From Marinospirillum sp. (GTDB lineage Bacteria; Pseudomonadota; Gammaproteobacteria; Pseudomonadales; Halomonadaceae), in NCBI RefSeq assembly GCF_007119985.1, contig NZ_SKOQ01000063.1: a stretch of DNA of 61,697 nt; one strand, written 5' to 3'. The stretch's first letter is position 1. Every line of letters begins with the position of its first letter. Position numbers and translations under genes: made by a program. The notes beneath the pieces were generated by a model. It was given only the letters and a program-made list of their open reading frames with translations, was not told where the DNA came from and ran no database searches. Shown here piece after piece: positions 8,462 to 18,789 of this stretch.

Positions 8462-9187
8462 TTAAACCTTTGTACAGTGCATCAGGTAGTTGACGTCCAC
8501 ATCTCGCGGCGTCAGCTTATATTTTTTGGTCAGCGGGTTGTAGGTCATCCCCATCAACTCGTTGACTTCTAAATCTGCTTGGCGTGCCCATTGCCCTAGC
8601 TCTGATGGCTTGATGAACTTGGTGTATTCATGCGTGCCCTTAGGGAGCAAGCGCAAGAGGTATTCGGCGCCAATAATGGCAAATAAATAGGATTTAGGGT
8701 TGCGATTGAGTGTCGAAAAAAAGACCTGGCCGCCTGGCTTGACCAAGCGTGCGCAGGCAGCAATCACCGCTGCTGGATCAGGGACATGCTCCAGCATTTC
8801 CATGCAGGTCACAAAATCGTAGCTTTCTGGCTCTTCAGCGGCGAGGGCTTCAGCGGTCATCTGACGATAGTTCACCTGCAAACTTGATTCCAGCTGATGC
8901 AAGCGCGCAACAGAAAGTGGAGCCTCGCCCATATCAATGCCGCTCATCTGTGCGCCGCGCTGGGCGAGTGCCTCGGTCAATAAGCCGCCACCACAGCCAA
9001 TATCAACGCCTTTTTTACCTGCGACCTGAACGTGTTGGTCTATCCAGTTGGCTCGGAGAGGGTTGATCGCGTGCAGAGGCCGAAATTCACTTTCAGGGTC
9101 CCACCAGCGTGAAGCCAGGGCTTCAAACTTGGCAATTTCTCCCTGATCGACATTCGCGTGCTGCTGAGCGTGAGTTGGATCTGTCAT
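8462..9187 (-). CDS. ubiG: Ubiquinone biosynthesis O-methyltransferase
   Basis: [41 protein letters not shown]. Confidence 0.96.
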   Translation of the reverse strand: MTDPTHAQQHANVDQGEIAKFEALASRWWDPESEFRPLHAINPLRANWIDQHVQVAGKKGVDIGCGGGLLTEALAQRGAQMSGIDMGEAPLSVARLHQLESSLQVNYRQMTAEALAAEEPESYDFVTCMEMLEHVPDPAAVIAACARLVKPGGQVFFSTLNRNPKSYLFAIIGAEYLLRLLPKGTHEYTKFIKPSELGQWARQADLEVNELMGMTYNPLTKKYKLTPRDVDVNYLMHCTKV

Positions 9188-9419
9188 TGTCTTCTCTCTT
9201 GTTCGGTGGTCAGGCATCAATAACGTGCGTAAGGTGAAGACTTGTCTTCATGACCTGCTGCACGGCATTATACATCAGAAGTCCGCGCTTGTTCCGGTCT
9301 CACGGGATAAATGGCGTGTTATCAGCTCGCATTATAGATGTTCTAGGGGTGTGTTGGCCTAGCGATCTGGCGTGTCTTTTCAGCTCGTAAAGTGTGCGAT
9401 CAACCGACAGGGAGAGAAT

Positions 9420-10262
9420 ATGTCGCGTTTACAAATATGGGTCCTAGTGGCCATTCTGCTGTTTCCCGTCTTATTGGTTTGGGTGCGCTCTCCTGTCAGT
9501 GCTCCTGAGCCTCAGTTGCATTTAGGTGAGATAGAGTTACTGCGTCAAGAAGATCAGGCTCGACTGGCGGTGGTGGTTGAGCTGACTGATTTTGCTCCGC
9601 GTGCTGAGGGTGAATATTTATGGCACTACAAATTAGAGCTGATGGAGCAAGATCAGCTTTTGGTTCAGTTAGAAGGGATCAAGGCGCTGGAGTGGGAGGC
9701 GCAGCAAAGTTCAGTGCTTTTTTTGGCATTAGATCATCATCTGCTGGAATCCGCGCTTGTTGCAGGTGTACTTGAATATCAGTTGCACTTGGAGCTGGTT
9801 GATAGTCAAGAGCGGGTGCGAGCCCAAGCCGAACGGCGTGCAAGATTAGCCCTGCCTCATCCGCTGCGTGATCTTGAGCAACAGGTCAGCTGGCGTTGGG
9901 TCGGCTTACATCAGGTGCATCTGGATCTTGCATTGAACTTAGCCAATCCGAATGCTTTTGACGTGCAATTAGAGCGCTGGTCAGTCGAGTGGAAAGGTGG
10001 TCAAGATGACTGGTTGCCGCTGGAGCTTGCTGAGCCACAGGCTAGCTGGTTACTAGCAGGAGAAGCTCAAGACAATCTCATGTTGACCTTGGTTTTGCCC
10101 AGTGAATATTTAGGTCTAGGCATTATTGAGCAACTTCACCGCTTGCGCGCTATGCCTTATCAGCTAAGATGGCGCGCTGGACTCCAGACAGAGGCTTCTT
10201 TGCTTGATTTGTGGGGCATCGAAGGTGAAGTGCGAGGCGTGTTAGAACCAGCCAATCCTTGA
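9420..10262 (+). CDS. Membrane-anchored hypothetical protein, possible LEA_2-like domain
   Basis: N-terminal TM; LNLANPNAFDV resembles LEA_2 NPN motif; GGAG before ATG. Confidence 0.55.
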   Translation: MSRLQIWVLVAILLFPVLLVWVRSPVSAPEPQLHLGEIELLRQEDQARLAVVVELTDFAPRAEGEYLWHYKLELMEQDQLLVQLEGIKALEWEAQQSSVLFLALDHHLLESALVAGVLEYQLHLELVDSQERVRAQAERRARLALPHPLRDLEQQVSWRWVGLHQVHLDLALNLANPNAFDVQLERWSVEWKGGQDDWLPLELAEPQASWLLAGEAQDNLMLTLVLPSEYLGLGIIEQLHRLRAMPYQLRWRAGLQTEASLLDLWGIEGEVRGVLEPANP

Positions 10263-10295
10263 TTCTTCAAAGGATGGTGTGATCGAGAGTCGACA

Positions 10296-11243
10296 GTGTT
10301 AGAAAATATTTTTTTGGTGATTGCTGGATTGTATCTGCTGATCGATAGTGCCGATCGCTTTGTAACTGGAGCCTGTGTGACGGCTGAGCGCTTTGGTGTG
10401 CCGGTGATGGTCATCGGTATGCTGCTGATGGGGTTTGGCACCTCGGCCCCTGAAATGCTGGTTGCCTTTCAAGCCTCGGTAGATCAGAACCCTGGTTTGG
10501 CTGTCGGTAACGCGCTGGGTTCCAATATTACCAATATAGCGCTGATTCTTGGCTTGACCGCCTTGATGCAGCCGATTGTTGTGCAATCACAAACGATGAA
10601 GCGTGAGCTGCCGATTTTATTGGCAGTGAGCGCTTTGGCGGCAGGGCTCTTGTGGAACCTGCAGCTGCATAGCTGGAAGGGCTGGATCTTGCTTGCGGCT
10701 TTGGCTGGCTTTATTGGCTGGAGCTACTGGCTGGCGCGTCAAGGGCGGGATACACGCTTGGTTGATGAGGTGAGCGATACTTTGACGCCGCTTTCAACAC
10801 CCGCTGCTTTAGGGCAGTTGTTGATCGGTCTGGTGCTGCTGGTGATCAGCGCGCGCCTGTTTGTGAATGGGGCGATGGGGATTGCGCTCAGTCTGGGTGT
10901 CAGTGATCTGGTGATTGGCCTCACATTGGTGGCTGTAGGCACGAGCCTGCCTGAACTGGCCGCCAGTATTGCCGCGGCGCGACGTCAGCAGGCCGATTTA
11001 GTGATCGGTAATGTCATCGGCTCGAACATCTTTAATCTGCTGGCCGTACTCCCTTTGCCCTTCTTGCTGGTCAGTGGTGAGCTGGCTCCCGCTCTTATCT
11101 GGCGTGATCTGCCGCTCATGTTAGGGTTAACGCTGCTCATGCTGGTGTTTGCACTGGGTCGACCTGGGCGGATTAATCGCTATGAGGGCGGTTTCTTGCT
11201 GCTGGTGTTTGTGGCTTATCAAGCCTGGCTTTTTGTCGGTTAG
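10296..11243 (+). CDS. Calcium/sodium antiporter (YrbG family)
   Basis: Two alpha repeats GTSAPE..GNALGSN and GTSLPE..GNVIGSN. Confidence 0.92.
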   Translation: MLENIFLVIAGLYLLIDSADRFVTGACVTAERFGVPVMVIGMLLMGFGTSAPEMLVAFQASVDQNPGLAVGNALGSNITNIALILGLTALMQPIVVQSQTMKRELPILLAVSALAAGLLWNLQLHSWKGWILLAALAGFIGWSYWLARQGRDTRLVDEVSDTLTPLSTPAALGQLLIGLVLLVISARLFVNGAMGIALSLGVSDLVIGLTLVAVGTSLPELAASIAAARRQQADLVIGNVIGSNIFNLLAVLPLPFLLVSGELAPALIWRDLPLMLGLTLLMLVFALGRPGRINRYEGGFLLLVFVAYQAWLFVG

Positions 11244-11439
11244 CTTTGGGTCGGCTTGGTTCCATCGCTTGTTTTGGATCGCGCCATTCTTGATGGCGCT
11301 GAACCGCACTCAAGAAAAACGCCCGTTTTAAAATCCGCGTGAAAGTCTTACACTCCTGACTCGATGTGGCGCGATGTCGCTGCGGTGGTCCGCCATCGCA
11401 CCCTTCGTGCCCCCTGTCCGCTATTGCAAGGAATCCACT

Positions 11440-11853
11440 ATGCACACCAGTACACTGATTAAAATTCGCGGCTATCATCTTGATCTCTACGGTCATGTTA
11501 ATAATGCACGCTATCTGGAGTTTCTCGAAGAAGCCCGCTGGGAGTTCCTCGAAAAGCAGGCTGATTTGGCCCAGTTTATGAGTTCGGGTTTAGGGCTGGC
11601 GGTGGTGAATATCAATATCAACTACCGCCGTGGTGCTTATATGAATGAGCTGATTGATATTCAGACTTCGCTCAGCCGTATTGGTGGGAAGAGCGCAGTG
11701 ATGAAGCAGGTCATCTATCTTCAGGGGACGGATAAGCTGGTTGCCGATGCAGAGATTACTTTTGTGATCACCGATATAAAAACGCAAAAAGCCGTTGCAC
11801 TTGAAGGTGAGCTGCTGGCTCAGCTCCAAGCTTGGCAAAATCCAGTCGTGTAA
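11440..11853 (+). CDS. Acyl-CoA thioesterase, YbgC/FadM family
   Basis: RGYHLDLYGHVNNARYLEFLEEARW. Confidence 0.9.
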   Translation: MHTSTLIKIRGYHLDLYGHVNNARYLEFLEEARWEFLEKQADLAQFMSSGLGLAVVNININYRRGAYMNELIDIQTSLSRIGGKSAVMKQVIYLQGTDKLVADAEITFVITDIKTQKAVALEGELLAQLQAWQNPVV

Positions 11854-11934
11854 CCTATTCGCCATCTTCTTAGGTATAATGCCGCCCACTGGCCAGCTGA
11901 TGTGAGTGTGGCCAATCAATGGATGGGAGAAGTT

Positions 11935-12615
11935 ATGCACGCAAAGGTGATTACCCTGGATGGGCCGGGAGGCGCAGGGAAGGGGACGGTGAGCAGTCGT
12001 CTTGCGCACCACTTATCTTGGCACTTGCTGGATTCAGGCGCTTTGTATCGCTTGGTGGGTTTGGCTGCTGAGCATCATGCCGTTGCGCTGGATCAAGAGG
12101 ACGCTTTGAGTGTTTTGGCTGAGCATCTTGATGTGCAGTTTTTAACGGGTGACGATGATTTGGTCCAGGTCGTGCTGGAAGGCGAAAACGTCAGCCATGA
12201 AATCCGCACTGAGCGCGTTGGCGGTTTGGCCTCTCAGGTGGCGAGCTTGCCCGCGGTACGTCAGGCCTTGTTGGCGCGTCAACGAGCCTTTGCTGAGGCA
12301 CCTGGATTGGTTTGTGATGGGCGAGATATGGGGACGGTTGTTTTCCCTGAAGCGCCTTTAAAAATCTACCTGACGGCCAGCGCGGATGAGCGTGCCCGCC
12401 GTCGCCAGCAGCAGTTGCATGAGAAGGGTATAACTGCTAGTCTATCGGACCTTAAAAAGGACATCATGGAGCGTGATGCGCGTGATATGAATCGCGCCGC
12501 TGCGCCGCTGAAGCCTGCTGATGATGCGCTGATCGTGGATTCAACAGAGCTCAGTATCCAAGATGTGATCGACCTGATTCTTGCTGAGGCGAAAAGCCGC
12601 GGCTTGATCTCTTAA
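11935..12615 (+). CDS. cmk: Cytidylate kinase
   Basis: [28 protein letters not shown]; precedes rpsA. Confidence 0.96.
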   Translation: MHAKVITLDGPGGAGKGTVSSRLAHHLSWHLLDSGALYRLVGLAAEHHAVALDQEDALSVLAEHLDVQFLTGDDDLVQVVLEGENVSHEIRTERVGGLASQVASLPAVRQALLARQRAFAEAPGLVCDGRDMGTVVFPEAPLKIYLTASADERARRRQQQLHEKGITASLSDLKKDIMERDARDMNRAAAPLKPADDALIVDSTELSIQDVIDLILAEAKSRGLIS

Positions 12616-12758
12616 GCATCCTCCGCTTAAGAAGGCTTCAAGTCGAGTGGTACGGAGGTCCTCGCAGTGGGTGTAGAGTAGGTTGGAATAGCAAGTTCTC
12701 AATGAAAATTCCACCCTGCTTAACCGGCGCTAACATCCCTGCTTGGAAATAATCCAGG

Positions 12759-12829
12759 CCCGCGTTTGCTGGTGGCGCGGAGGGCGGCCATTGCCGCATT
12801 AAAAAAGACATTAATTGAGTAAAAATTTC
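12759..12829 (+). promoter_or_regulatory. Probable structured rpsA leader
   Basis: Hairpins CCGCGTT..GGCGCGG and GCGGC-catt-GCCGC, then an A/T-rich tract with no strong SD. Confidence 0.45.
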
Positions 12830-14500
12830 ATGACTGAATCCTTTGCCGAACTCTTTGAAGAAAGCTTGCAACAAGTCAACATGGAAACTGGTTCCATTAT
12901 CAAAGCCACTATCGTTGATATCGATGGTGACTGGGTAACGGTCAACGCCGGTTTAAAATCTGAAGGCGTGATTCCACGTAACCAGTTTGATAGCAGCGAT
13001 GCCCTTGAAGTCGGCGCTGAAATTCTGGTAGCTCTGGAAAGCGTTGAAGATGGTTTTGGTGAGACTCGCTTATCTCGCGAAAAAGCACGTCGTGCTGAAT
13101 CTTGGATTGAGCTGGAAGCAGCTTTCGAGAAAAACGAAGTCGTCAAAGGGATCATCAACGGCAAGGTCAAAGGCGGTTTCACTGTCGATATCAATACGAT
13201 TCGCGCCTTCTTGCCTGGCTCTCTGGTGGATGTGCGTCCTGTTCGTGATACTGCACACCTTGAGAACAAAGAACTTGACTTTAAAGTCATCAAGCTCGAC
13301 GCCAAGCGTAACAACGTCGTTGTTTCTCGCCGCGCTGTACTGGAAGCAGAAAACTCTGCAGAGCGTGATCAGCTGCTGGCTAACCTGGCCGAAGGTCAGG
13401 AAGTGAAAGGTATCGTTAAGAACCTGACTGATTACGGTGCCTTCGTTGATCTGGGCGGCGTTGATGGTCTGCTGCACATCACTGATATGGCGTGGAAGCG
13501 TATCAAGCATCCTTCTGAGATCGTGGCTGTTGGCGATGAAATCAACGTGAAGGTACTGAAGTTTGATCGTGAGCGTAACCGTGTTTCTCTGGGCCTCAAG
13601 CAGCTGGGTGAAGATCCATGGATCCAAATCAAAGCGCGCTACCCAGAAAACTCCATCATCAAGGCACGCATCACCAACCTGACTGACTACGGCTGCTTCG
13701 CTGAGCTGGAAGAAGGCGTTGAAGGTCTGGTGCACGTTTCTGAAATGGACTGGACTAACAAGAACGTTAATCCTAAGGCCGTTGTCAACCTGGGCGACGA
13801 AGTCGACGTGATGATCCTGGATATCGACGAAGAGCGTCGTCGTATTTCTCTGGGTATCAAGCAGTGCCGTGCGAACCCATGGGAAGAATTCTCAGGTCAG
13901 TACAACAAGGGTGACAAGGTTTCTGGTGCGATCAAATCCATCACTGACTTTGGTATCTTCGTTGGTCTGAACGGTGGTATTGATGGTCTGGTTCACCTGT
14001 CTGACATTTCTTGGAACGAAGCGGGCGAAGAAGCCGTACGTAAGTTCAAGAAAGGCGAAGAAGTTGAAACCATCATCCTGTCGATCGATCCAGAGCGTGA
14101 GCGTATTTCTCTGGGCATCAAGCAGCTTGAAAGCGATCCTTTCAACGAATTCCTGGCGCTGAACGATAAGGGTTCGATCGTGAAGGGTGTCGTGGCTTCT
14201 GTTGATGCGAAAGAAGCACTGGTTAACCTGAATGATGAAGTTCAGGCTGTGCTGAAGGCTTCTGAAATCAGCGCTGAGCGTGTAGAAGATGCACGTAACG
14301 CCCTGAAAGAAGGCGACGAAGTTGAAGCTCGTATCGTCAATGTTGACCGCAAGAACCGTGTGATCAGCCTGTCGATCAAAGCAAAAGACAAGGTTGAAAC
14401 TGAGCAGGCCATGGCTGCGCAGCGCGAAACGCAAGTTGAGCAAGCTGGCCCCACCACGATTGGTGACCTGATCAAGCAGCAGATGGAAAACCAGAACTAA
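12830..14500 (+). CDS. rpsA: 30S ribosomal protein S1
   Basis: [12 protein letters not shown] start; repeated S1 domains ([20 protein letters not shown] etc.). Confidence 0.98.
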   Translation: MTESFAELFEESLQQVNMETGSIIKATIVDIDGDWVTVNAGLKSEGVIPRNQFDSSDALEVGAEILVALESVEDGFGETRLSREKARRAESWIELEAAFEKNEVVKGIINGKVKGGFTVDINTIRAFLPGSLVDVRPVRDTAHLENKELDFKVIKLDAKRNNVVVSRRAVLEAENSAERDQLLANLAEGQEVKGIVKNLTDYGAFVDLGGVDGLLHITDMAWKRIKHPSEIVAVGDEINVKVLKFDRERNRVSLGLKQLGEDPWIQIKARYPENSIIKARITNLTDYGCFAELEEGVEGLVHVSEMDWTNKNVNPKAVVNLGDEVDVMILDIDEERRRISLGIKQCRANPWEEFSGQYNKGDKVSGAIKSITDFGIFVGLNGGIDGLVHLSDISWNEAGEEAVRKFKKGEEVETIILSIDPERERISLGIKQLESDPFNEFLALNDKGSIVKGVVASVDAKEALVNLNDEVQAVLKASEISAERVEDARNALKEGDEVEARIVNVDRKNRVISLSIKAKDKVETEQAMAAQRETQVEQAGPTTIGDLIKQQMENQN

Positions 14501-14520
14501 GCTGGAATCCAAGCTGACAC

Positions 14521-14550
14521 AAAACCGCCACTTTATGTGGCGGTTTTTTT
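14521..14550. terminator. Bidirectional intrinsic terminator after rpsA
   Basis: AAAACCGCCAC-tttat-GTGGCGGTTTTTTT. Confidence 0.85.
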
Positions 14551-14595
14551 ATGCGTGTCAAAGAGGGGGTGGAAAGCTTAGGGCTGAGTTGTGGC

Positions 14596-15765
14596 TTAAA
14601 GTTCGATAGCCTTACGCACATGTAGGCCCCAAAACAAGAAAGGCTGTAGAGGTTTGAGCAGCTCATTGGAGAGGGTTTCGACAATCGCATAGCTGGTCTC
14701 TTGCGTATCGCGTCGCGGTGGGTGCATATAGGCTTGCCCATTCATGCCACGAATACCTGCACAAAGGGGATGCTGAAGATCAGTGCCGCGGTGCGTCACA
14801 ATAGCCAGATCACCATTTTGCAGCTTCACTGCTGTGCCTGGTGGATAGAGACCAATTTGCTGTAAAAAAAGCTTGGTCAGCGCTGGACCAACCAAGGTGC
14901 CGCGTTCTGCAAAGATCTTGCGTAAAGCCAGTTTTGCGGGCATGGCATCGCGGTACTCACGACGGCTCAGTAGGGCAATATAAATATCGGCTAGGGCAAG
15001 AAGCTTGGCTTCGCTGGCTATGGCGTTATTTTTGAGGCCTTGCGGATAGCCGCTGCCATCTAAGCGCTCGTGGTGATGATGTACGGCGCGTAGCCAAATT
15101 GGATTGTTGATTTTCATCGATTCCAAAATAGCCAAAGAGCGCTCTGGATGCTGGTGAATGGTGGTGCGCTGGGCTTCGCTGAGTGGTTCTTTCTGTTTGT
15201 TGAGCTTGTCTTGGACGCTCAGCATGCCGAGATTGGCTGTCAGGGCGGCGGCGAGCGTGGCGAAGGTCTGTTCGTTGTTGAGTTGCAGTGATGAAGCCAT
15301 GACTGCAATCATGGCAGCACATTGCAGCGGGTGGCGGATGCCATAATCAGACTGGTCGCGTGTGTTGGGCCAATGGATGCTACCGAGGAGTGCATCGGGT
15401 GCCTGCTGTGCGAGGCCATAAATCTGCGTACAGAGTTGGCGTATATCGCGGTAGAAGGCTTCTTGTGCGCCTGGGTTCTGGCTCTTGGTATGGCGAAAGG
15501 CGCGACGCAGCAGGCTTTCGTACTCCTCCATTTCAAGGAAAGGATTGACCTTATTGCTGTAGCGAAAAGGCTTGAATTCACTGCTAAAATCCACGCGTGT
15601 GCTAGAGTCACGTTTGACCAGTCCACGCTCCATTAAAACTTCGATTTGTTGTTCATTGGCAATCATGGCGCCGCGTGACAGCAAGAGCCGGCCACCCTTG
15701 GCATAGATGTCGATCGTCGTTTTACGGCCTACGGTGAGCTCACCGGGTCGGAGTTTTTCTAACAT
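14596..15765 (-). CDS. HD-GYP domain protein, HD dyad degenerate
   Basis: HHHERLDGSGYP, LADIY, GLYPPG; LAAALTANLG where LHDIG is expected; start trimmed to MLEKLRPG. Confidence 0.82.
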   Translation of the reverse strand: MLEKLRPGELTVGRKTTIDIYAKGGRLLLSRGAMIANEQQIEVLMERGLVKRDSSTRVDFSSEFKPFRYSNKVNPFLEMEEYESLLRRAFRHTKSQNPGAQEAFYRDIRQLCTQIYGLAQQAPDALLGSIHWPNTRDQSDYGIRHPLQCAAMIAVMASSLQLNNEQTFATLAAALTANLGMLSVQDKLNKQKEPLSEAQRTTIHQHPERSLAILESMKINNPIWLRAVHHHHERLDGSGYPQGLKNNAIASEAKLLALADIYIALLSRREYRDAMPAKLALRKIFAERGTLVGPALTKLFLQQIGLYPPGTAVKLQNGDLAIVTHRGTDLQHPLCAGIRGMNGQAYMHPPRRDTQETSYAIVETLSNELLKPLQPFLFWGLHVRKAIEL

Positions 15766-16026
15766 GGTTTTCTGCGGCCTTTCTGAGAGCGTTATTTTTA
15801 TCGCAGTGACATTTGATGCGTTTAAAATAACTCTATTCGTCTTCATACGCTGTATTTTCTTTCGACTTGCCTGTGACATTTTGTGCATATACTGAGCTAG
15901 ATTGGGTATAATATGAGACAAGATAAAAAGGCACGGAGCCAAAAGTGAGCTTCGCTTTGTTTTGTCCCAGGCTAAGCCCACTGACCTGCCTGTTAGATGC
16001 AGCGACCCGATGTCGCAAGGATGAGT

Positions 16027-17253
16027 ATGAGTAGCACGTCGATCCCTCCTGAGAACTATTGCATTGCTCTTCAGCCTATTTGTGACGGCAAGATGCGTCA
16101 CGTTGCTGATGAGCTTCTTTATCGATCTAGCGCTTCGGCCAGTTTTGCCCAGATCGATGATCAGTTGACGGCAACAGCTCGGGCTTGCAGCGCTGCTTTT
16201 TATGAGACAGGGATTGATAAGCTGGTTGGTCAGCGCAAAATTTTCTTCAATGCACCGCGTGAATGGCTACTCAAACCTGAGTTATTGCCGCCGAACCCAG
16301 AGCAGGTGGTGGTGGAGGTGCTTGAAAGTGTCTCGGGCGAACCAGAAATTATTGCGGCTTTAGCGAAAATCCGCGCTCTTGGTTACGATGTGGCTTTAGA
16401 TGATTTTCAGCTGACTGAGAAAACTCGACCTTTATTGAATGTCGCGACCATCATTAAAGTGGATCTCTTTGAGCCAGTACGGGCCAGAGATATTGCCCTC
16501 TACCAAGAGCATGGCTTGCGTCTTTTGGCTGAGAAGGTGGAGGATTTAGACACCTTTCGTCGTTATCGTGATCTGGGTTTTGAGTTCTTTCAAGGCTATT
16601 TCTATGCCAAGCCTGAAGTGCGCGAAGCCACTTCACGCAATCGAGGCAGTAATCAGAGCGCCCAGATTCGCATTATGGCCGAGCTGCAAGAGCCGGAACC
16701 CGATTACGCTAAACTCGAGCCTTTGATTGCCCAAGATCCACAGCTCACCTTCTTGTTGCTCAAATATACCAACTCCGCCATGTTTCGGCGTTTGAATGAA
16801 GTGACCACCATTCATCAGGCCTTAAATACCCTTGGCTTGGAGCGAGTCAAAACCATCGTGATGACGGTGATGCTGGCTAACAATGGCCCTTCGAGCCTAC
16901 TGAGCCTGCCGCAAGCCCTCACGCGTGCGGCAATGTGTGAGCAGCTGGCCGCCCGTATGACGCAGATTAACCCGCGAACGGCTTTTATGGCAGGCTTAAT
17001 GTCGATGATGGATTTGCTGATGGGAGGCACTCTGCCTGAGATTGTGGCGCAACTACCCTTGGGTGAAGACGTCAAGCGTGCGATCTTATTTAGAGAGCAG
17101 CGTTTAGGTAAGCTGCTCAACCTGGTTGAAGCTTTTGAAAATGCGCAGATGCATGATCGTGCCCCAGACCTGGTTGCCCAGTTGAATCAAGTCTGGCTGA
17201 CGAGCCGCGCTTGGGCGACTCAGGTGCTAGAGGGCGTCAACGAGGCCCTCTAG
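16027..17253 (+). CDS. EAL + HDOD domain signalling protein (YuxH-like)
   Basis: IALQPI..ELLYR, VVEVLE, ALDDF, LAEKVE, FQGYFY; HDOD DPQLTFLLLKYTNSA. Confidence 0.88.
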   Translation: MSSTSIPPENYCIALQPICDGKMRHVADELLYRSSASASFAQIDDQLTATARACSAAFYETGIDKLVGQRKIFFNAPREWLLKPELLPPNPEQVVVEVLESVSGEPEIIAALAKIRALGYDVALDDFQLTEKTRPLLNVATIIKVDLFEPVRARDIALYQEHGLRLLAEKVEDLDTFRRYRDLGFEFFQGYFYAKPEVREATSRNRGSNQSAQIRIMAELQEPEPDYAKLEPLIAQDPQLTFLLLKYTNSAMFRRLNEVTTIHQALNTLGLERVKTIVMTVMLANNGPSSLLSLPQALTRAAMCEQLAARMTQINPRTAFMAGLMSMMDLLMGGTLPEIVAQLPLGEDVKRAILFREQRLGKLLNLVEAFENAQMHDRAPDLVAQLNQVWLTSRAWATQVLEGVNEAL

Positions 17254-17286
17254 CCTGCTCGGTACAACCTCTTGGAGTCGGTTTCT

Positions 17287-17526
17287 TTAAGAGGAGCTGA
17301 CCTTGCGTATCCAGTAACGAAAAATCTCGCCTTCTTCAGTCTCCAACAGCTGCTGCTGCAAAAAACGGCAGAATTTGGGGATATCGCGTGTTGTGGCTGG
17401 ATCAGTGGCCACGACCAACAGTATCTCGCCATCCTTGAGTTGCGCCATTTTTTGGTGGAGGAGCATCACTGGCTCTGGGCAGTAAAGCCCAGAGGTATCG
17501 AGGAGCTGGTCGTGCTCTGGCTTCAT
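17287..17526 (-). CDS. tusA: Sulfurtransferase TusA
   Basis: LDTSGLYCPEPVM, ATDPATTRDIPKFC. Confidence 0.93.
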   Translation of the reverse strand: MKPEHDQLLDTSGLYCPEPVMLLHQKMAQLKDGEILLVVATDPATTRDIPKFCRFLQQQLLETEEGEIFRYWIRKVSSS

Positions 17527-17969
17527 CCCTTCTTGCCCACGCGCACAGCGAGAACATCACAAGGTGCGCCATGCAGAACACCGCTCGAGACTGAGCCCAA
17601 TAACAGCTGCAGTCCGTGGCGACCATGGCTGCCGACCACGATCAAATCAATGTTCAGCTCTTCTGCTAAACGATGGGCTTCGGTGTCTGGCATGCCGACA
17701 AGAATGTGCTGACGCTCGGTAGGAATATCGATCCCTTCCAGCAGGTTGCTCAAGCGTTGACGAGCATGGGCATCCAGCTGCTCTTGAATGCTGGTTAAAT
17801 CCATCGGAATATCACCACCATAGGCAAAGCCGAGAGGCTCAAGGGTGTGGAGTACATGGACCTTGGCTTGCTGGTTGCGCTGAGCCACTTCTTGGGCGCG
17901 TTCTAAAACCAAGCGTGACTCATCTGAAAGATCAATGGCGACGAGAATATTTTGGTAAGCTTGACTCAT
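17523..17969 (-). CDS. Universal stress protein
   Basis: YQNILVAIDLS, IVVGSHGRHG..LLGSVS..VLH.APCDVL; ATGA overlap with tusA. Confidence 0.93.
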   Translation of the reverse strand: MSQAYQNILVAIDLSDESRLVLERAQEVAQRNQQAKVHVLHTLEPLGFAYGGDIPMDLTSIQEQLDAHARQRLSNLLEGIDIPTERQHILVGMPDTEAHRLAEELNIDLIVVGSHGRHGLQLLLGSVSSGVLHGAPCDVLAVRVGKKG

Positions 17970-18047
17970 GATTAGGGTGTCCTTCATCTAGGTGGTGATC
18001 TGAACGGCAGAGTATACATTCGCTCGACCTGCTGTGATCTCAGGCCC

Positions 18048-18084
18048 AGCGGGTTCGTCTTTTATAATAAAAGACGAACCCGCT
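18048..18084. repeat. Perfect 37-bp palindrome in divergent promoter region
   Basis: AGCGGGTTCGTCTTTTAT-A-ATAAAAGACGAACCCGCT. Confidence 0.9.
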
Positions 18085-18115
18085 ACCGATTGTATCTTAG
18101 ATTGATAACCGAGAG

Positions 18116-18664
18116 GTGTTTGTGTCACAAATTGGATGGATATTTCTTGTTCTGGTTTTGATTCTTTTACCTGTGAGCTGGCTTAAACCCAGTGCGCGTC
18201 AAAATCAGCTGGTGGCTTTAAGAGAAAGGGCACGGCGGTTAGGTGTCAAAGTGAGTGTTTTACCTTTAAAGATCAATGATCAAGCTAGAGTGGAAGGCGC
18301 TGCCTATCGCTGGATGCGCTTACCTGATGCCCCACCTTTATTGGGCTTTTGGAGGTGGATACGAGCTGATGTCGCTCGTGAGGTAGGGCAGTTTGGTGCA
18401 CCGTGGGTTAAAGGCTGGATTCTACAACAGGGCGAAACTAAGAATCTGACGTCAGCGCAGCAGACTGCCTTGGCAGCATGGATCACCACACTGCCCGAGG
18501 GTGTGTTTGCGATAGAGTGGGGCAGCCATGCTTTTGCGATCTGGTGGGATGAGCGCCCAGAAAGTGATCAGCTAGAGGCTTGGGCTGAGCAGGTGCCTGA
18601 GTTGATGGCTCTACCTGCCTTGGCCTTACCTAAGGCTAAAGTTGCACAAGCTAGAGTCTGGTGA
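18116..18664 (+). CDS. Membrane-anchored hypothetical protein
   Basis: N-terminal TM then WLKPS.RQ..L..LR; GTG start. Confidence 0.65.
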   Translation: MFVSQIGWIFLVLVLILLPVSWLKPSARQNQLVALRERARRLGVKVSVLPLKINDQARVEGAAYRWMRLPDAPPLLGFWRWIRADVAREVGQFGAPWVKGWILQQGETKNLTSAQQTALAAWITTLPEGVFAIEWGSHAFAIWWDERPESDQLEAWAEQVPELMALPALALPKAKVAQARVW

Positions 18665-18789
18665 GCCAAAGAGCAGATGTTTACACTGGCTTGATCGATT
18701 TGGCTGACTCCCCCTCATGCGTTGAACCGCGCCTGAAGGCAGAGAGGGCTCTTGTCATACAACAAAGATAAAAATAAAAAGAAAGAGGT

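Noticed and set aside
12811..14512. Long antisense ORFs over rpsA, and similar ones over fabF, etfA and ppsA
   Set aside because: Shadow ORFs from biased codon use in highly expressed genes; no motifs or RBS
15766..16101. 112-aa N-terminal extension of the HD-GYP ORF overlapping the EAL-HDOD gene
   Set aside because: Alignment with the paralog and an SD-like GAAAGG favour a start at 15765
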